A DNA stretch of 64,000 bases from Candidatus Eiseniibacteriota bacterium (GCA_963776245.1 CAVZLN010000006.1:32001-96000); one strand, 5' to 3'; counted from the stretch's first letter, positions 47,707 through 59,967 are shown. Notes: generated by a model from the letters alone, not told the origin. Translations and numbers: made by a program.

Positions 47707-49319
47707 ATGCCCCAGAGGATTTTGCTCGGAGATGAGGCCGTCGCGCTGGGCGCGGTCCATGCTGGACTCACCGCCGCCTACTCCTACCCGGGCACTCCCG
47801 CGACCGAGATCATGGAGTCGCTCCAGGCCCATCGCGCCGCCCACGGCGGGCCGCACGCCACCTGGTGTGCCAACGAGAAGACGGCGTTCGAGGGCGCCCT
47901 CGGCGTGTCGTTCGCCGGACGGCGCGCGCTGGTCTCGATGAAGCACGTCGGCCTCAACGTGGCCGCCGATCCCTTCATGAACTCCGCGCTGGTCGAGGTC
48001 CACGGCGGGCTGGTGCTCGCGGTCGCCGACGACCCCGGCATGCACTCGTCGCAGAACGAGCAGGACAGCCGCTACTACGCCGACTTCGCCCGCGTGGTGT
48101 GCCTCGAGCCCGCGAACCAGCAGGAGGCCTACGACATGACGCTCGAGGCCTTCGACCTGTCGGAGCGCTTCCGCATCCCGGTGATGGTGCGGCTGGTCAC
48201 CCGGCTGGCCCACGGGCGGACCGTGGTGGACGTCGGCGAACCGCGGGAGCAGAACCCGATCCGACGCGCGCCCCAGCGCACCTCGTGGATCCTGCTGCCC
48301 GGCAACGCCCGGCGGCAGTGGCGCTCGCTGCTCGAGCGCCAGCGCGAGTTCGCCGCGCACAGCGAGGGCTCGCGCTGGAACACGCTCGAGCTGAACCCCG
48401 CCGACCGCTCGCTGGGCGTCATCACGTGCGGCATCGCGCGCGGGTACTTCCGCGAGAACGCCGCGGAGCTGGCGGCGGCCCCGTCGCACCTGCACATCGG
48501 CGCCTACCCCGCCCCGGTCGAGGCCATCCGCCGCCTCGCCGCGACACGTCGGGCGCGTGCTGGTGCTCGAGGACGGGTATCCGTTCATCGAGCGCCAGCT
48601 GCGCGGGCTGCTGCCCCAGTCGCTCGAGGTGCGCGGCCGCATGGACGGCACGCTGCCGCCCGACGGCGAGCTCACGCCCGAGAGCGTGCGCGCCGCACTC
48701 GGGCTGCCGGCCCGCGAGCTCGTCCGGCCTGCCCGGGCTCACGCTCCCGCTGCGCCCGCCCCAGCTGTGCTCGGGCTGCGCGCACGGCACCATGTACCAC
48801 GCGCTCCATCGCGCCATGGAGGGCCTCGACGCGCAGATGGTGACGGCCGACATCGGGTGCTACACGCTGGGCGCGCTGCCGCCCTACTCGGCGATCGAGT
48901 CGTGCGTGTGCATGGGCGCCTCGATCGGCATGGCCAAGGGCGCGGCCGACGCGGGGTATCGCCCGGTGGTGGCGGTGATCGGGGACAGCACGTTCCTGCA
49001 CTCCGGCATCACGCCGATGCTCGACGCGGTCTCCGAGGACACCCCGATGACCGTGCTCATCCTCGACAATGAAGCCACCGCGATGACCGGCGGCCAGGAG
49101 CCGCTGCTGCCGGCGTCGCGGCTGCACGAGATCGTGCTCGGCCTCGGCATGGACCCGGAGCACTGCCATCTGGTCGCGGCCACCCCGAAGCTCATGAAGC
49201 AGAACGCCGCGCTCCTGCGCCAGGAGATCGAGCACCCGGGGCTCTCGGTGGTGATCGCGGTGAAGGAGTGCATCCAGACCGCGAAGCGCAAGCTCCGCGC
49301 GGCGGAGGCCACGGCATGA
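47707..49319 (+). CDS. iorA: Indolepyruvate:ferredoxin oxidoreductase alpha subunit; two frameshifts (about 48544 and 48715)
   Basis: LLGDEAVA, YPGTPATE, NEKTAFE, MKHVGLNVAAD, SSQNEQD; then VLEDGYPFIE; then RPPQLCSGCAH, DIGCYTLG, IGDSTFLHSG, TAMTGGQ. Confidence 0.9.
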
Positions 49320-49888
49320 GGTACGACATCATCCTCGCCGGCGTCGGCGGCCAGGGCGTGCTGAGCATGGCCGCCATCATCGGCAGCGCCGCGGCGATCG
49401 AGGGCCTGAAGGTGAAGCAGTCCGAGGTGCACGGCATGTCCCAGCGCGGCGGCGCGGTGGTGGCGCACCTGAGACTCTCCGACCAGCCGATCGCCTCCGA
49501 CCTGGTGCCCCAGGGCACCGCCGACCTCATCCTCTCGATGGAGCCGGTGGAAGGCCTGCGCTACCTGTCCTACCTGTCGGCCTCCGGCACCCTGGTGACG
49601 GCGCTGAACCCGGTGGTCAACATCCCCGACTACCCCGACATGGACGTCCTGCTCGCCCAGGTCCGCTCGCTGCCGCACTCGGTCACGGTGGACGCCGAGC
49701 GGCTCGCGTACGAGGCGGGCGACGTGCTCGCCGTCAACACCGTGATGGTGGGCACCGCGGCGCGCCTGCTGCCGCTGAAGACCGACTCGCTCGAGCGGGC
49801 GGTGCGCGCCACCTTCCGCGCCAAGGGCGAGCGCGTCGCCGAGGTCAATCTCGCGGCCTTCCAGCGCGCGCGGCAAGCCGCGGCATGA
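49316..49888 (+). CDS. iorB: Indolepyruvate:ferredoxin oxidoreductase beta subunit
   Basis: ILAGVGGQG, QSEVHGMSQRGGAV. Confidence 0.93.
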   Translation: MRYDIILAGVGGQGVLSMAAIIGSAAAIEGLKVKQSEVHGMSQRGGAVVAHLRLSDQPIASDLVPQGTADLILSMEPVEGLRYLSYLSASGTLVTALNPVVNIPDYPDMDVLLAQVRSLPHSVTVDAERLAYEAGDVLAVNTVMVGTAARLLPLKTDSLERAVRATFRAKGERVAEVNLAAFQRARQAAA

Positions 49889-52800
49889 CCCCGGACGCCG
49901 GCCTGGTGGCGCGGCTGTTCGAGCGCGCACGGCCTCGCGGGGCGGGCGCGCTCCTCGAGAGCGAGGGCCTCGCGTTGCTCGAGGCGCTCGGCCTCGACGT
50001 GCCGCGCCACCTCGAGCTGCGCGATGCCGCGGCGGTCGCGGCGCTCGCCGCGCCCCCATTCGCCGGGGAGCGCGCCGTGGTCAAGGTGGTGAGTACCCGC
50101 ATCCGCCACAAGACCGAGGCGGGCGGGGTGGCCATCGTCCCCAACACCGTCGCGTCCATCGGCGCGGCGGCGCGGGACATGGAGCGCCGCCTGCCCGCGG
50201 CCGACGTGGACGGATTCATGATCAGCGAGTACGTGCCGTTCTCGCCGGCCCTCGGGCACGAGCTGCTGGTCGGGCTGCGCTGGACCGACGACTTCGGCGC
50301 GGTCGTGACGGTGGGCGCCGGCGGGGTGGCGACCGAGTTCCTGGCCGGCGCGTTCCGCGACGACAGCGCGCTCGCCGTGCTCTCCCCCGCGCTCGCGCGC
50401 GGCGACGAGATCGAGCGCGCGCTGGCGCGCGTGACCGCGGTGCGGCGGGTGACCGAGCCGCTGCGCGGCCAGCCGCCGCCGCTCGAGATGTCGCGCCTCG
50501 CCGACGTGGTGCGCCGCTTCCTGTGGCTCGCGGAGCGCTTCGCGCCGGTGCCGCTGGCCGAGTTCGAGGTCAACCCGTTGGTGATCTCCGGCGGCCGGCT
50601 GGTGGCGCTCGACGCGCTCGCGACCACCGGGAGCGCGCGCCCGGCGCCGGCGCCCGCGCGCCCGCTCGCCAAGGTGCGCGCGCTGCTCGAGCCGCGCACG
50701 GTGGCGATCGTGGGGGTGTCCGAGAAGGGCCTCAACCCGGGGCGGATCATCCTCCAGAACCTGCTGCGCGACGGCTTCGACCCCGCGCGCATCACGGTCG
50801 TCAAGCCCGGCACCGCAGCGATCGACGGGGTGCGCTGCGTGCCCGCGCTCGACGCGCTGCCGGAGCGCGTGGACCTGCTGGTGCTGGCGATCGCGGCGGG
50901 GCAGGCCCCCGAAGCCATCGCCGCGGCCGCCGACGGCGCGCGCGCCGAGAGCATCATCCTCATCCCGGGCGGGCTCGACGAGCGCCCCGAGAGCGCGCCG
51001 CTGGTGGCGCGCATGCGCGAAGCGCTGGCACGGGCCCGGGCCTCCGCCGGGCGCGGTCCGGTGGTGAACGGCGGCAACTGCCTGGGCGTGCGCTCGGTCC
51101 CCGGACGGGTCAACACGCTGTTCATCCCCGAGCACAAGCTGCCGCTGCCGCGCGGCGCGGCGAGCCCGATGGCGCTGGTGTCCGGCAGCGGCGCGTTCGC
51201 CGTCTCCAAGACCAGCAAGCTCGCGGGGCTCAACCCGCGCTACGTGATCTCGGTCGGCAACCAGATGGACCTCACCCTCGCCGACTACCTCGAGGTCCTC
51301 AAGGACGACGACGGAGTCGAATTGTTCGCGGTGTACGCCGAGGGCTTCCAGCCGCTCGACGGCCTGCGCTTCCTCGCCGCCGCGCGCGCCATCACCGACG
51401 CGGGGCGCACGGTGGTGCTCTACCGCGGCGGACGGACGCAGGCGGGGGCCGCCGCCGCCGCCAGCCACACCGCCGCGGTGGCGGGCGACTACGCCGTCAC
51501 CCGCGCGCTCGCCGCCGCCGCGGGCGTGGTGGTGGCCGACTCGCTCGAGGACTTCGAGGACCTCACCCGGCTGTTCGCGCTGCTGCGCGGCCGCAGGCCC
51601 GCCGGCACCCGCCTCGGCGCGGTCTCGAACGCGGGCTTCGAGTGCGTGGCCATCGCCGACAGCCTGGGCGCCTTCACGCTCGCGGAGTGGACCCCGGAGA
51701 CGCGCGCGGCGCTGGTCGCGCTGCTCGAGCGCGCGCGCCTCGCGGACATCGTCGCGGTGCGCGACCCGATCGATCTCACCCCCACGCTCGGGGACTCCGG
51801 CTTCGCGGAGGTGTCCCGCCTGGTGCTCGAGGACCCGCTGGTGGATGTCGGGCTGATCGGATGCGTGCCCATGACCGGGGCGCTCGACACCCTGGCGCCG
51901 GGCAGTGGCCACACCGACGACATCGGCCGCGAGGACTCGATCGCCGGGCGGCTGGTGCGGCTGTTCCACGCCACCACCAAGCCGTGGGTGGCGGTCGTGG
52001 ACGCCGGTCGCCTGTACGACGCCATGGCGCAGCGGCTCGAGGACGGTGGTGTGCCCACCTTCCGCACCGCCGACCGCGCGCTGCGGCTGTTCGACCGCTG
52101 GTGCGCCGCGCGCCTGCGGGCGCCGGCGGACGAGGCCGGTTCCGGCGTCATGAGCCCCGCCACCCGTTTCGTGCCCGGCGACCATCTCGGTCTCGAGCCG
52201 CTGGCGACGCTGTTCAACCGCGGCTACGAAGGGTACTTCGTCCCCATCCAGCTCGACGCGGAGGCGTTCGCCGTGTATGCGGCGGCGTGGGACCTCGACC
52301 TCGCGGCGACCCGTGTGGCGCTGGCCGGCGGCCAGCCGGTGGCGTTCGCGCTGCTCGGCGTGCGCGGGCGACGCGGCTGGGTCGGCGGCATGGGCGTGGT
52401 GCCCGAACTGCGCGGCCGCGGGCTCGGGCGCGCCGCGATGGACGCGGTGATGGCCGAGGCGCGCGCCCGCGGGCTCGCCGCCGTGGGTCTCGAGGTGCTC
52501 GAGCAGAACACGTGGGCGGCGCGGATCTACGAAGGGATGGGATTCCGCGACACGCGCGCGCTCGAGGTGTGGTCCCGTCCCGCCGACGCGCCGCCGCTCG
52601 CGGCCGAGCCGGCGCCGCAGGTGGCACCGGTGCCGGTGGACGAGGCGCTCGCCGCGCACGCCGCGCTCCATCCGCAGCGCCCGCCGTGGCAGCGCGAGCA
52701 GCGGTCGCTGGCGCGGCAGTCCGATCGGCTCGCCGCGCTCGCGGTGCGGCGGGCGGGCTCCATCGGAGCGCTGGCGATCTTCCACGGCTCGCCCCAGCGG

Positions 52801-53001
52801 GTGTCGCTGCTGGCGCTCGCGGCGCGGCCGGACGCTCCCGCCGGAGCGCTGCCCGCCCTGCTCGCCGCACTCACCGCGGCCCACCCGGGAGCCACGGTCA
52901 CGCTGGCCAACCTGCCGGCGGGCGATCCGGCCGGCGCGGCGCTGGCCGCCGCCGGATTCACGGTGCGCCTGCGCCAGCGCGAGATGACGCGGGCGCTCTA
53001 G
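49885..53001 (+). CDS. ADP-forming acyl-CoA synthetase (ATP-grasp + CoA-binding) in frame with a C-terminal GNAT acetyltransferase
   Basis: HKTEAGGV, EFEVNPL, VNGGNCLG, SVGNQMD, AAASHTA; from Met at 52150 a GNAT (GMGVVPELRGRGLG, LEVLEQN). Confidence 0.82.
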   Translation: MTPDAGLVARLFERARPRGAGALLESEGLALLEALGLDVPRHLELRDAAAVAALAAPPFAGERAVVKVVSTRIRHKTEAGGVAIVPNTVASIGAAARDMERRLPAADVDGFMISEYVPFSPALGHELLVGLRWTDDFGAVVTVGAGGVATEFLAGAFRDDSALAVLSPALARGDEIERALARVTAVRRVTEPLRGQPPPLEMSRLADVVRRFLWLAERFAPVPLAEFEVNPLVISGGRLVALDALATTGSARPAPAPARPLAKVRALLEPRTVAIVGVSEKGLNPGRIILQNLLRDGFDPARITVVKPGTAAIDGVRCVPALDALPERVDLLVLAIAAGQAPEAIAAAADGARAESIILIPGGLDERPESAPLVARMREALARARASAGRGPVVNGGNCLGVRSVPGRVNTLFIPEHKLPLPRGAASPMALVSGSGAFAVSKTSKLAGLNPRYVISVGNQMDLTLADYLEVLKDDDGVELFAVYAEGFQPLDGLRFLAAARAITDAGRTVVLYRGGRTQAGAAAAASHTAAVAGDYAVTRALAAAAGVVVADSLEDFEDLTRLFALLRGRRPAGTRLGAVSNAGFECVAIADSLGAFTLAEWTPETRAALVALLERARLADIVAVRDPIDLTPTLGDSGFAEVSRLVLEDPLVDVGLIGCVPMTGALDTLAPGSGHTDDIGREDSIAGRLVRLFHATTKPWVAVVDAGRLYDAMAQRLEDGGVPTFRTADRALRLFDRWCAARLRAPADEAGSGVMSPATRFVPGDHLGLEPLATLFNRGYEGYFVPIQLDAEAFAVYAAAWDLDLAATRVALAGGQPVAFALLGVRGRRGWVGGMGVVPELRGRGLGRAAMDAVMAEARARGLAAVGLEVLEQNTWAARIYEGMGFRDTRALEVWSRPADAPPLAAEPAPQVAPVPVDEALAAHAALHPQRPPWQREQRSLARQSDRLAALAVRRAGSIGALAIFHGSPQRVSLLALAARPDAPAGALPALLAALTAAHPGATVTLANLPAGDPAGAALAAAGFTVRLRQREMTRAL

Positions 53002-53231
53002 CCGGAGCGAGCCGCGTCCGTCGCTCGCGACGCCGCGCCCGCCCGCGCGCCCGGCGCGCGCGTTGGAGTCCGCGGAGCGCGGGAGTAGGATGCTCCCATC
53101 CGGACGCTCTGGACCCCAGCGCCGATCCAAGCCAAGTGCTCGCCGGCGCGATCGCGCACCGGCCCGAGGACCGCGCCCCACCCGGGGCCACCCCGCCGGC
53201 CACCCGCGATCGCCCGTGAAAGGGGATCGAG

Positions 53232-54969
53232 ATGGAACGCTCCGAGAACCGCCGCGCCGCCAGGACCACGCGTCGCGGGCACGACCTGCTGCGGGACCCG
53301 CTCACCAACAAGGGACTGGCGTTCACGCCCGAGGAGCGCCGCGCGCTGCGGCTGCGCGGGCTGCTGCCCGCCGCCCACCTCGGCATCGCGGAGCAGGCGG
53401 CGCTCGAGCTCGAGCACCTGCGCGCCAAGGCCACCGATCTCGAGAAGTACATCGGGCTGGCGGCGCTCCAGGACCGCAACGAGATGCTGTTCTACCACCT
53501 GCTGATCGAGAACATCGTCGAGTTCATGCCGATCGTGTACACCCCGGTGGTGGGCAAGGCGTGCCAGACCTACAGCCACATCTTCCGCCAGCCGCGCGGC
53601 GTGTGGCTCACGCCCGAGGACGAGGAATCGATCGCCGAGGTGCTGCGCAACTGCGGGCATGACGACGTGCGCCTGATCGTCGTGACCGACAACGAGCGCA
53701 TCCTGGGCCTCGGCGACCAGGGCGCGGGCGGCATGGGCATCCCGGTCGGCAAGCTCTCGCTCTACACCGCCGCGGCGGGCATCCACCCGGCGCAGTGCCT
53801 GCCGATCTCCCTCGACATCGGCACCAACAACGCCGAGTTGCTCAACGACCCGTACTACGTCGGCTACCGCCAGCGCCGCCTGCGCGGCGAGCGCTACGAC
53901 CGCTTCATCGAGGCGTTCGTGGAGGCGGTGCGCGAGGTGTTCCCCAAGGCGCTCCTGCAGTGGGAGGACTTCGCCAAGGACAACGCCTTCCGCCTGCTCG
54001 ATCGCTACCGCAAGCGGCTCACCTGCTTCAACGACGATATCCAGGGCACCTCGGCGGTCACGGTGTCGGGCCTGCTCGCCGCGCTGCGCATCACCGGCGG
54101 CACGCTCGAGGACCAGCGCATCGTGTACGCGGGCGCGGGCTCGGCCGGGGTCGGCATCGCGCGGCTGGTGCGCAGCGCCATGAGCGAGGGCTGCGCCGAC
54201 GCCGGCAAGGTCCGCCGCGCCCAGGTGTTGATCGATTCCCACGGCCTGGTGCGGGACGACGGCCATCCGCTGGACATCCCCAAGCGCGAGTTCGCGCTCA
54301 CCCGCGAGGAACAGGCCGCGTATGGCTTCACCGGCGAGGGGCCCTACGACCTGCTCCAGGTGGTCCGCAGCCATGAAGCCCACCATCCTCGTGGGCACCA
54401 GCGCCACCCCGGGGCTGTTCAGCCGCGAGGTGATCACCGAGATGGCGAGGCACGTCGAGCGCCCGGTCCTGTTCGCGCTCTCGAACCCCACCTCGAAGAG
54501 CGAGTGCACGCCCGAGGAGGCCATCACGTGGACGGAAGGCCGCGCCATCATCGCGACCGGGAGCCCGTTCCGCCCGGTGACCTTCGAGGGGGTCACCCAC
54601 CGCATCGGCCAGGGCAACAACGTGTTCATCTTCCCCGGCGTGGGGCTGGGCGCGATCCTGTCCGAGACGCGCGAGGTGACGGACTCGATGTTCCTGGTCG
54701 CGGCCAAGACCCTGGCGGCGTGCGTGACCGAGGAACAGCTCGCGTGCGGCCAGCTGTTCCCCGACGCCGACGGACTGCGTGACGTGAGCGCGCGCATCGC
54801 CGCAGCGGTGATCCGCGAGGCGCAGCGGCTGAATCTCGGCCGGCTCATCCCCGACGGGCTCATCGAGGAGCGCGTGAAGAGCGCGATGTGGCTTCCGGAG
54901 TATCCGATCTTCGAGCCCGGCACCCGCCGCGCCGGCCTCGAACACCTGGCCGTGGAGAGCGCCCACTGA
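53232..54969 (+). CDS. maeA: NAD-dependent malic enzyme; one frameshift at about 54369
   Basis: [49 protein letters not shown]; next frame [21 protein letters not shown]. Confidence 0.9.
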
Positions 54970-55004
54970 CGCCCGCCGACGCTTCCCCGGGCGGCGCCGC
55001 CCCC

Positions 55005-55907
55005 GTGGCGCCGCCCCCGGCACGCGCCTCCAGCGCCGCCGCGTGGGCGGCGTTCGCCGGCTGCTGCCTGATCTGGGGCAGCACCTTCCTCGTCATCTCG
55101 ATCGGCAACGATGCGCTCCCGCCGCTGTGGGCGGTGGCGCTGCGGCTCGGGCTCGCCGCGCTCCTGCTCACCGCCATCACCTACGCCCTCGGCCAGCGCC
55201 TGCCGCGCGGCGACGCGCTGCGGGCCGCCATCGGGTACGGCTTCCTCAATATGGGCGTGAGCATGACGCTGCTCTACTGGGCCGAGGTGAGCGTGCCCTC
55301 GGGACTGGTGGCCGTGCTCTACGCCACCATCCCGCTCACCACCGCGCTGTTCGCGCGCGCCGGCGGGCTCGAGCGGCTGGTGCCGCTCAAGCTGGCGGGC
55401 GCCGGGGTCGCGCTCGGCGGCGTGGCGCTGATCGTCGCCGGGAATTCCGGCGGCGCGCTCCACGCGCTGCCGGTGGCCGCCGCCGTGCTCGCCGCCACCT
55501 GCGCGTCGGCGTCCGGCGTGGTGCTCAAGCGCGGACCGCGACAGCCGCCGCTGCCCGCCAACGCGGTGGCCTCGTTCGCGGGATTCCTGGTGGCGCTGGT
55601 CGCGAGCTTCGCGGCGCGCGAGCCGCATCCGCTCCCGCTCACCGGCGCCGCGCTGTTCCCGGTGCTCTACCTGGTGGTCGCCGGGTCGATCGGGGCGTTC
55701 GGGCTCTACGCGTGGCTCGTCAACCATTGGCCGGTCACGCGCATCTCGTTCATCTCGGTGGTGGTCCCGGTGGTGGCGCTCACGCTGGGTGTGGCGTTCC
55801 GGGGCGAGCGCCTCGATCGCGTCGAGGTGCTCGGCTCCCTGCTGGTGATGGCCGGCCTCGCGCTCGCGCTCGCCTCCGACCGCCTGCGCCCGAAGCGCGC
55901 GGGCTGA
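55005..55907 (+). CDS. EamA/DMT-family transporter
   Basis: LIWGSTFL, LYLVVAGS; about 10 TMs; start approximate. Confidence 0.85.
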   Translation: MAPPPARASSAAAWAAFAGCCLIWGSTFLVISIGNDALPPLWAVALRLGLAALLLTAITYALGQRLPRGDALRAAIGYGFLNMGVSMTLLYWAEVSVPSGLVAVLYATIPLTTALFARAGGLERLVPLKLAGAGVALGGVALIVAGNSGGALHALPVAAAVLAATCASASGVVLKRGPRQPPLPANAVASFAGFLVALVASFAAREPHPLPLTGAALFPVLYLVVAGSIGAFGLYAWLVNHWPVTRISFISVVVPVVALTLGVAFRGERLDRVEVLGSLLVMAGLALALASDRLRPKRAG

Positions 55908-56032
55908 AGCCTTCCGCCGGCCCGCCGCCGCCGCACGCACACGCGGCGCGCGGGGCCCCGGCCGGGATGACGCGCGCAGGCGGCGGCGCTACGATGCGCG
56001 TCCACCGCGCTTCGCGGCCCGGAGGGCACACC

Positions 56033-57154
56033 ATGGACGCAACCGAGATCACGCGCGCCCACGAGGCGCTGGGCAGGGAACGCGACGGCGCCGTGCTCTA
56101 CCGGGCGCTCGCCGCGGCGGAGAAGGACGCGCGTCTCGCCGACGTGTACGCCCGCATGGCCGCGGCCGAGGAGCGCCACGCCGCGGTGTGGGTGGCGCGG
56201 CTCGAGGAGGCGCGCCAGCCGGTCCCGGCGCATCGCACCGCGTGGCGCACGCACGTGCTCGCGTGGGCGGCGAGGCGCTTCGGCGTGCCGGCGGTGCTGC
56301 CGGGGATCGCCGCCGCCGAGCGCTCCGACGCCGGCATCTACGACGCCACGCCGGGCGCCGCGCCGCTGGCGGCCGACGAGCACTCGCACGCGCGCCTGCT
56401 CGGCCATCTCTCCCACGCCGGCATGGGCGGACTCAGCGGCGGCGCGCTGGCGCAGCTCGAGGGCCGCCGCCACGCCGTGGGCGGGAACGCGCTGCGCGCC
56501 GCGGTGCTGGGCGCCAACGACGGGCTGGTCTCGAACCTCAGCCTGGTGATGGGCGTGGCCGGCGCCGCGATGCAGAGCCACGCCATCCTCGTCACCGGGC
56601 TCGCCGGCCTGCTCGCCGGCGCGTGCGCGATGGCGCTCGGCGAATGGCTCTCGGTGCAGTCCTCGCGCGAGCTCTACCAGCGCCAGGTCGGGCTCGAGCG
56701 CGAGGAGCTGGCGAACGCGCCCGAGGAGGAGCTCGAGGAGCTCGCGCTCATCTACCAGGCGCGCGGGCTCGACGAGGCCGAGGCGCGGCGCACCGCGGAA
56801 CGCATCCTCGCCGACCCCGAGGCGGCGGTGGACACGCTGGCGCGCGAGGAACTGGGCATCGACTCGGCCGAGCTCGGGGGCTCGGCGTGGGAGGCGGCGG
56901 TGACCTCCTTCGTGCTGTTCGCGCTCGGCGCCATCGGGCCGGTCGCGCCGTTCGCCTTCCTGCAGGGCACGCCCGCGGTCCTCACCAGCCTGGTGGTGAG
57001 CGCGGTGGGCCTGTTCACGATCGGCGCCGGGACCTCGCTCTTCACCGGCCGCCCGGTGTGGTTCTCGGGCGGGCGGATGGTGGTGTTCGGGCTCTCCGCG
57101 GCGGCCGTCACGTTCGGGATCGGCCGGCTCATCGGCGTGAGCGTCGGTGGATGA
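56033..57154 (+). CDS. VIT1/CCC1 iron transporter with N-terminal ferritin/rubrerythrin-like domain
   Basis: ExxH motifs (EERH, DEHSH); LRAAVLGANDGLVSNLSL, MALGEWLSV, LAREELG. Confidence 0.9.
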   Translation: MDATEITRAHEALGRERDGAVLYRALAAAEKDARLADVYARMAAAEERHAAVWVARLEEARQPVPAHRTAWRTHVLAWAARRFGVPAVLPGIAAAERSDAGIYDATPGAAPLAADEHSHARLLGHLSHAGMGGLSGGALAQLEGRRHAVGGNALRAAVLGANDGLVSNLSLVMGVAGAAMQSHAILVTGLAGLLAGACAMALGEWLSVQSSRELYQRQVGLEREELANAPEEELEELALIYQARGLDEAEARRTAERILADPEAAVDTLAREELGIDSAELGGSAWEAAVTSFVLFALGAIGPVAPFAFLQGTPAVLTSLVVSAVGLFTIGAGTSLFTGRPVWFSGGRMVVFGLSAAAVTFGIGRLIGVSVGG

Positions 57155-57281
57155 ACGCGCGACCGCGGCGCATCCCGGGGCACGGATGATCGCCGCGCCG
57201 TGCGCCGCTCCCGTCCGGGGCTCGGATCGCGATTGAGGTCCCGGGCGAGCTGATCGCCCCAGCGCCTTGGGCGCGAACCGC

Positions 57282-59967
57282 TTACGGGTCGAGCGTGCCC
57301 GGCGCCACCCGCACTTCGAGGGTCTGGCGCTGCGGGGCCGCGTTGCCGCCGGTGAGCGTCACGGTGTAGCGCCCCGGGACCACGAACGCCGGCTGGTCGT
57401 TCCACTCCGGCCGCGGGATGCGGGCGCGCGGGTCACCCGTCACGAGGTCCCACGTCACCCGGTGCAGTCCCACCGAGCCCGGGCCCGTGAGCTTGCGCAC
57501 CACGTGTCCCGCGCTGTCGGCGATCGCGATGGACACCCCGTCCACGAGTTCGCGCGCGACATGGTAGTCCAGCAGCGCGCCGAACGGCGGGTTCTTGGCC
57601 GCGAACATGCGCTGGCCCCACGCGCCGCCGATCTCGCGGACGTGGAACGCGGTGGTCGGGCGCGGCGCGAACAGCGTGAGGGTGTCGTGCGCGGCGGTCG
57701 CGCCCCACTGCTCGAGCGCGCCGATGTCGTCCAGCACGTACACGCTGCGGCCATGCGTGCCCGCGATCAGGTCGCGCTCGCGCGGGTGGATGAGGATGTC
57801 GTCCACCGCCACGGTCGGTAGACCGCGGTCCATCTTGGTCCAGTGCCGGCCGTGATCGAGGGTGGCGAACAGTCCGGCCTCGGTGCCGGCGAACAGCAGC
57901 GCGGGCTGGAACGGGTCCTCGCGCACCACCTTCACCGGCACGCCGGCCGGCAGGTCCCCCACGATGGAGGTCCAGGTGCGGCCGAGGTCGTGCGTCACCA
58001 GCACGAACGGCGCGAGCTCGTCCGAGCGATGGCCGTCGATGGACAGATACGCGGTGCGGGCGTCGTGGTGCGAGGCCTCGATGCGGCTCACGTAGAGGCC
58101 GGGCGGCACGCCGCGCACGTTCCGGGTGAGATCGTCCCAGTTCGCGCCGCCGTCGGGGGTCACCCACACCTTGCCGTCGTCGGTGCCCACCCACACCTGC
58201 CCCCGCCGCAGCGGCGACTCGCTGAGCGTGGTGATGGTGCAGTAGGTCTCGGCGCCCGAGCCGCCGGTCACCATCCTGCGCGCGTCCTGCGTGGTCAGGT
58301 CGGGGCTCGCGGGCTCCCAGCGGTCGCCGTGCTCGGTGAGACGGAACAGGCGGTTGCCGCCCATCCACAGCACGCTCGGATCGTGCGGCGAGAGCGCGAA
58401 GGGCGTGTTCCAGTTGAAGCGGAACACCGGCTGGCCCTCCTTCGCCACCGGCCGCAGCACGCGCTTCTTGCCGCTCGCGAGATCGGTGCGGTTGAGCGAG
58501 CCGCCCTGCGACTCCCAGTACACCCGGTCGGGGTCGGTGGGATCCACCGCGACGTGGAATCCATCGCCGCCGCCGAGGCAGAACCAATGGTCATTGAGGA
58601 TGCCGAGGTGACGGTTCTCCTCCAGCCACGAGTCCACCTCGAAGCGCGTCCGGTTCGGGCCGCCCCACGTCTGGTTGTCCTGGAGCCCGCCGTAGATGAA
58701 GTAGGGATCGCGCATGTCCACCGCGAGGTTGTAGAACTCGCCGATGGCGAGGTTGTTCACGAAGTCCCAGTTCGCCGCGCGATCGTGGCTCACGAACAGG
58801 CCGCCGTCGGTGCCGAGCAGCACCCGTCCCCCGCCGCTGGGGTCCACCCACATCGCGTGCAGGTCCGGGTGGAGGTTGCGCGCGCCGCCGGCGCGGAAGG
58901 CGTGCCCGCCGTCGTCCGAGATCCACAGGTCGGTGCCGAGCAGGTAGACGCGCGTGCTGTCGTCGGGCTGGACGCGGATCTGCCCGAAGTAGAACGGCCG
59001 CGGCACCAGGTCGGTGAGTCGGCGCCAGTGCCCGCCCCCGTCGTCGCTGCGGAACACGCCGCCGGCGCGGCTCTTCTCCTCGAAGTCCGAGAGGTGACCG
59101 CCCTCGTCGGACTCCACCACGGCGAACACCACCCGCGGGTCCTTGCGCCACACCTCGAGCCCGATGCGGCCGGTGTGCGCGGGCAGGCCCTCGACGCACT
59201 TCGTCCACGTGCGCCCACCGTCGCGGGTGCGGAAGATGCCACCCGTCGTGCTCCCGCCCTCGTAGGACCACGGCGTGCGCCGGCGTGCGTACATCGCGGC
59301 GTAGAGGCGCTGGGGGTCTGAAGGGTCCATGACCAGGTCCACCGCGCCGGTGCGCGCGTCCACCCGGAGCACGTGCTGCCAGGTGCGCCCGCCGTCGGTG
59401 GTCTTGAACACCCCGCGCTCCGGGTTCTCGCCCCACAGCCGGCCGAGCGCGGCGACGTACACGGTGTTGCTGTCCGTGGGGTGGGTCACCACGCGCGCGA
59501 TCGTGCGCGTGGCGTCGAGCCCGAGATGCCGCCAGGTGGCGCCGCCGTCCACCGTGCGATAGACGCCGTTGCCCCACGACGAGGAGTTGCGGCTGTTGGC
59601 CTCGCCGGTGCCCACCCACACCACCGCCGGGTCCTTCTGCCAGATGCGCGACGTCGCCGATCGACGCGACCGGCTGGTCGTCGAACACCGCGGACCACGT
59701 GGTGCCGAGATTGGCGCTCTTGAACAGCCCGCCGGTGCCGAGCCCGAGCCAGATGGTGGCCGGCTGCTTCTCGACCACCGCGATGCTCGAGACGCGTCCT
59801 CCCATGTTGGCGGGCCCGACCGAGCGCCACGGGCGCTCCTTGAGCGTGCTGGCGTCGAAGGCGGCGGGGGTACGGCCCGCGCCCCGCGGTGCGGGTGCGG
59901 GCGCCGCGAGCGCCACGATCGAGACCGTGGAGAGCGCGACCGCGGCGAGGACGATGGGGCGCATCAT
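57282..59967 (-). CDS. Secreted BNR/Asp-box (VPS10/sortilin-like) beta-propeller protein; one frameshift at about 59646
   Basis: WRSVGPANMGGRV; many S/TxDGGxTW Asp-boxes; GGLQDN, RFNWNTP, AGTHGRS. Confidence 0.88.
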
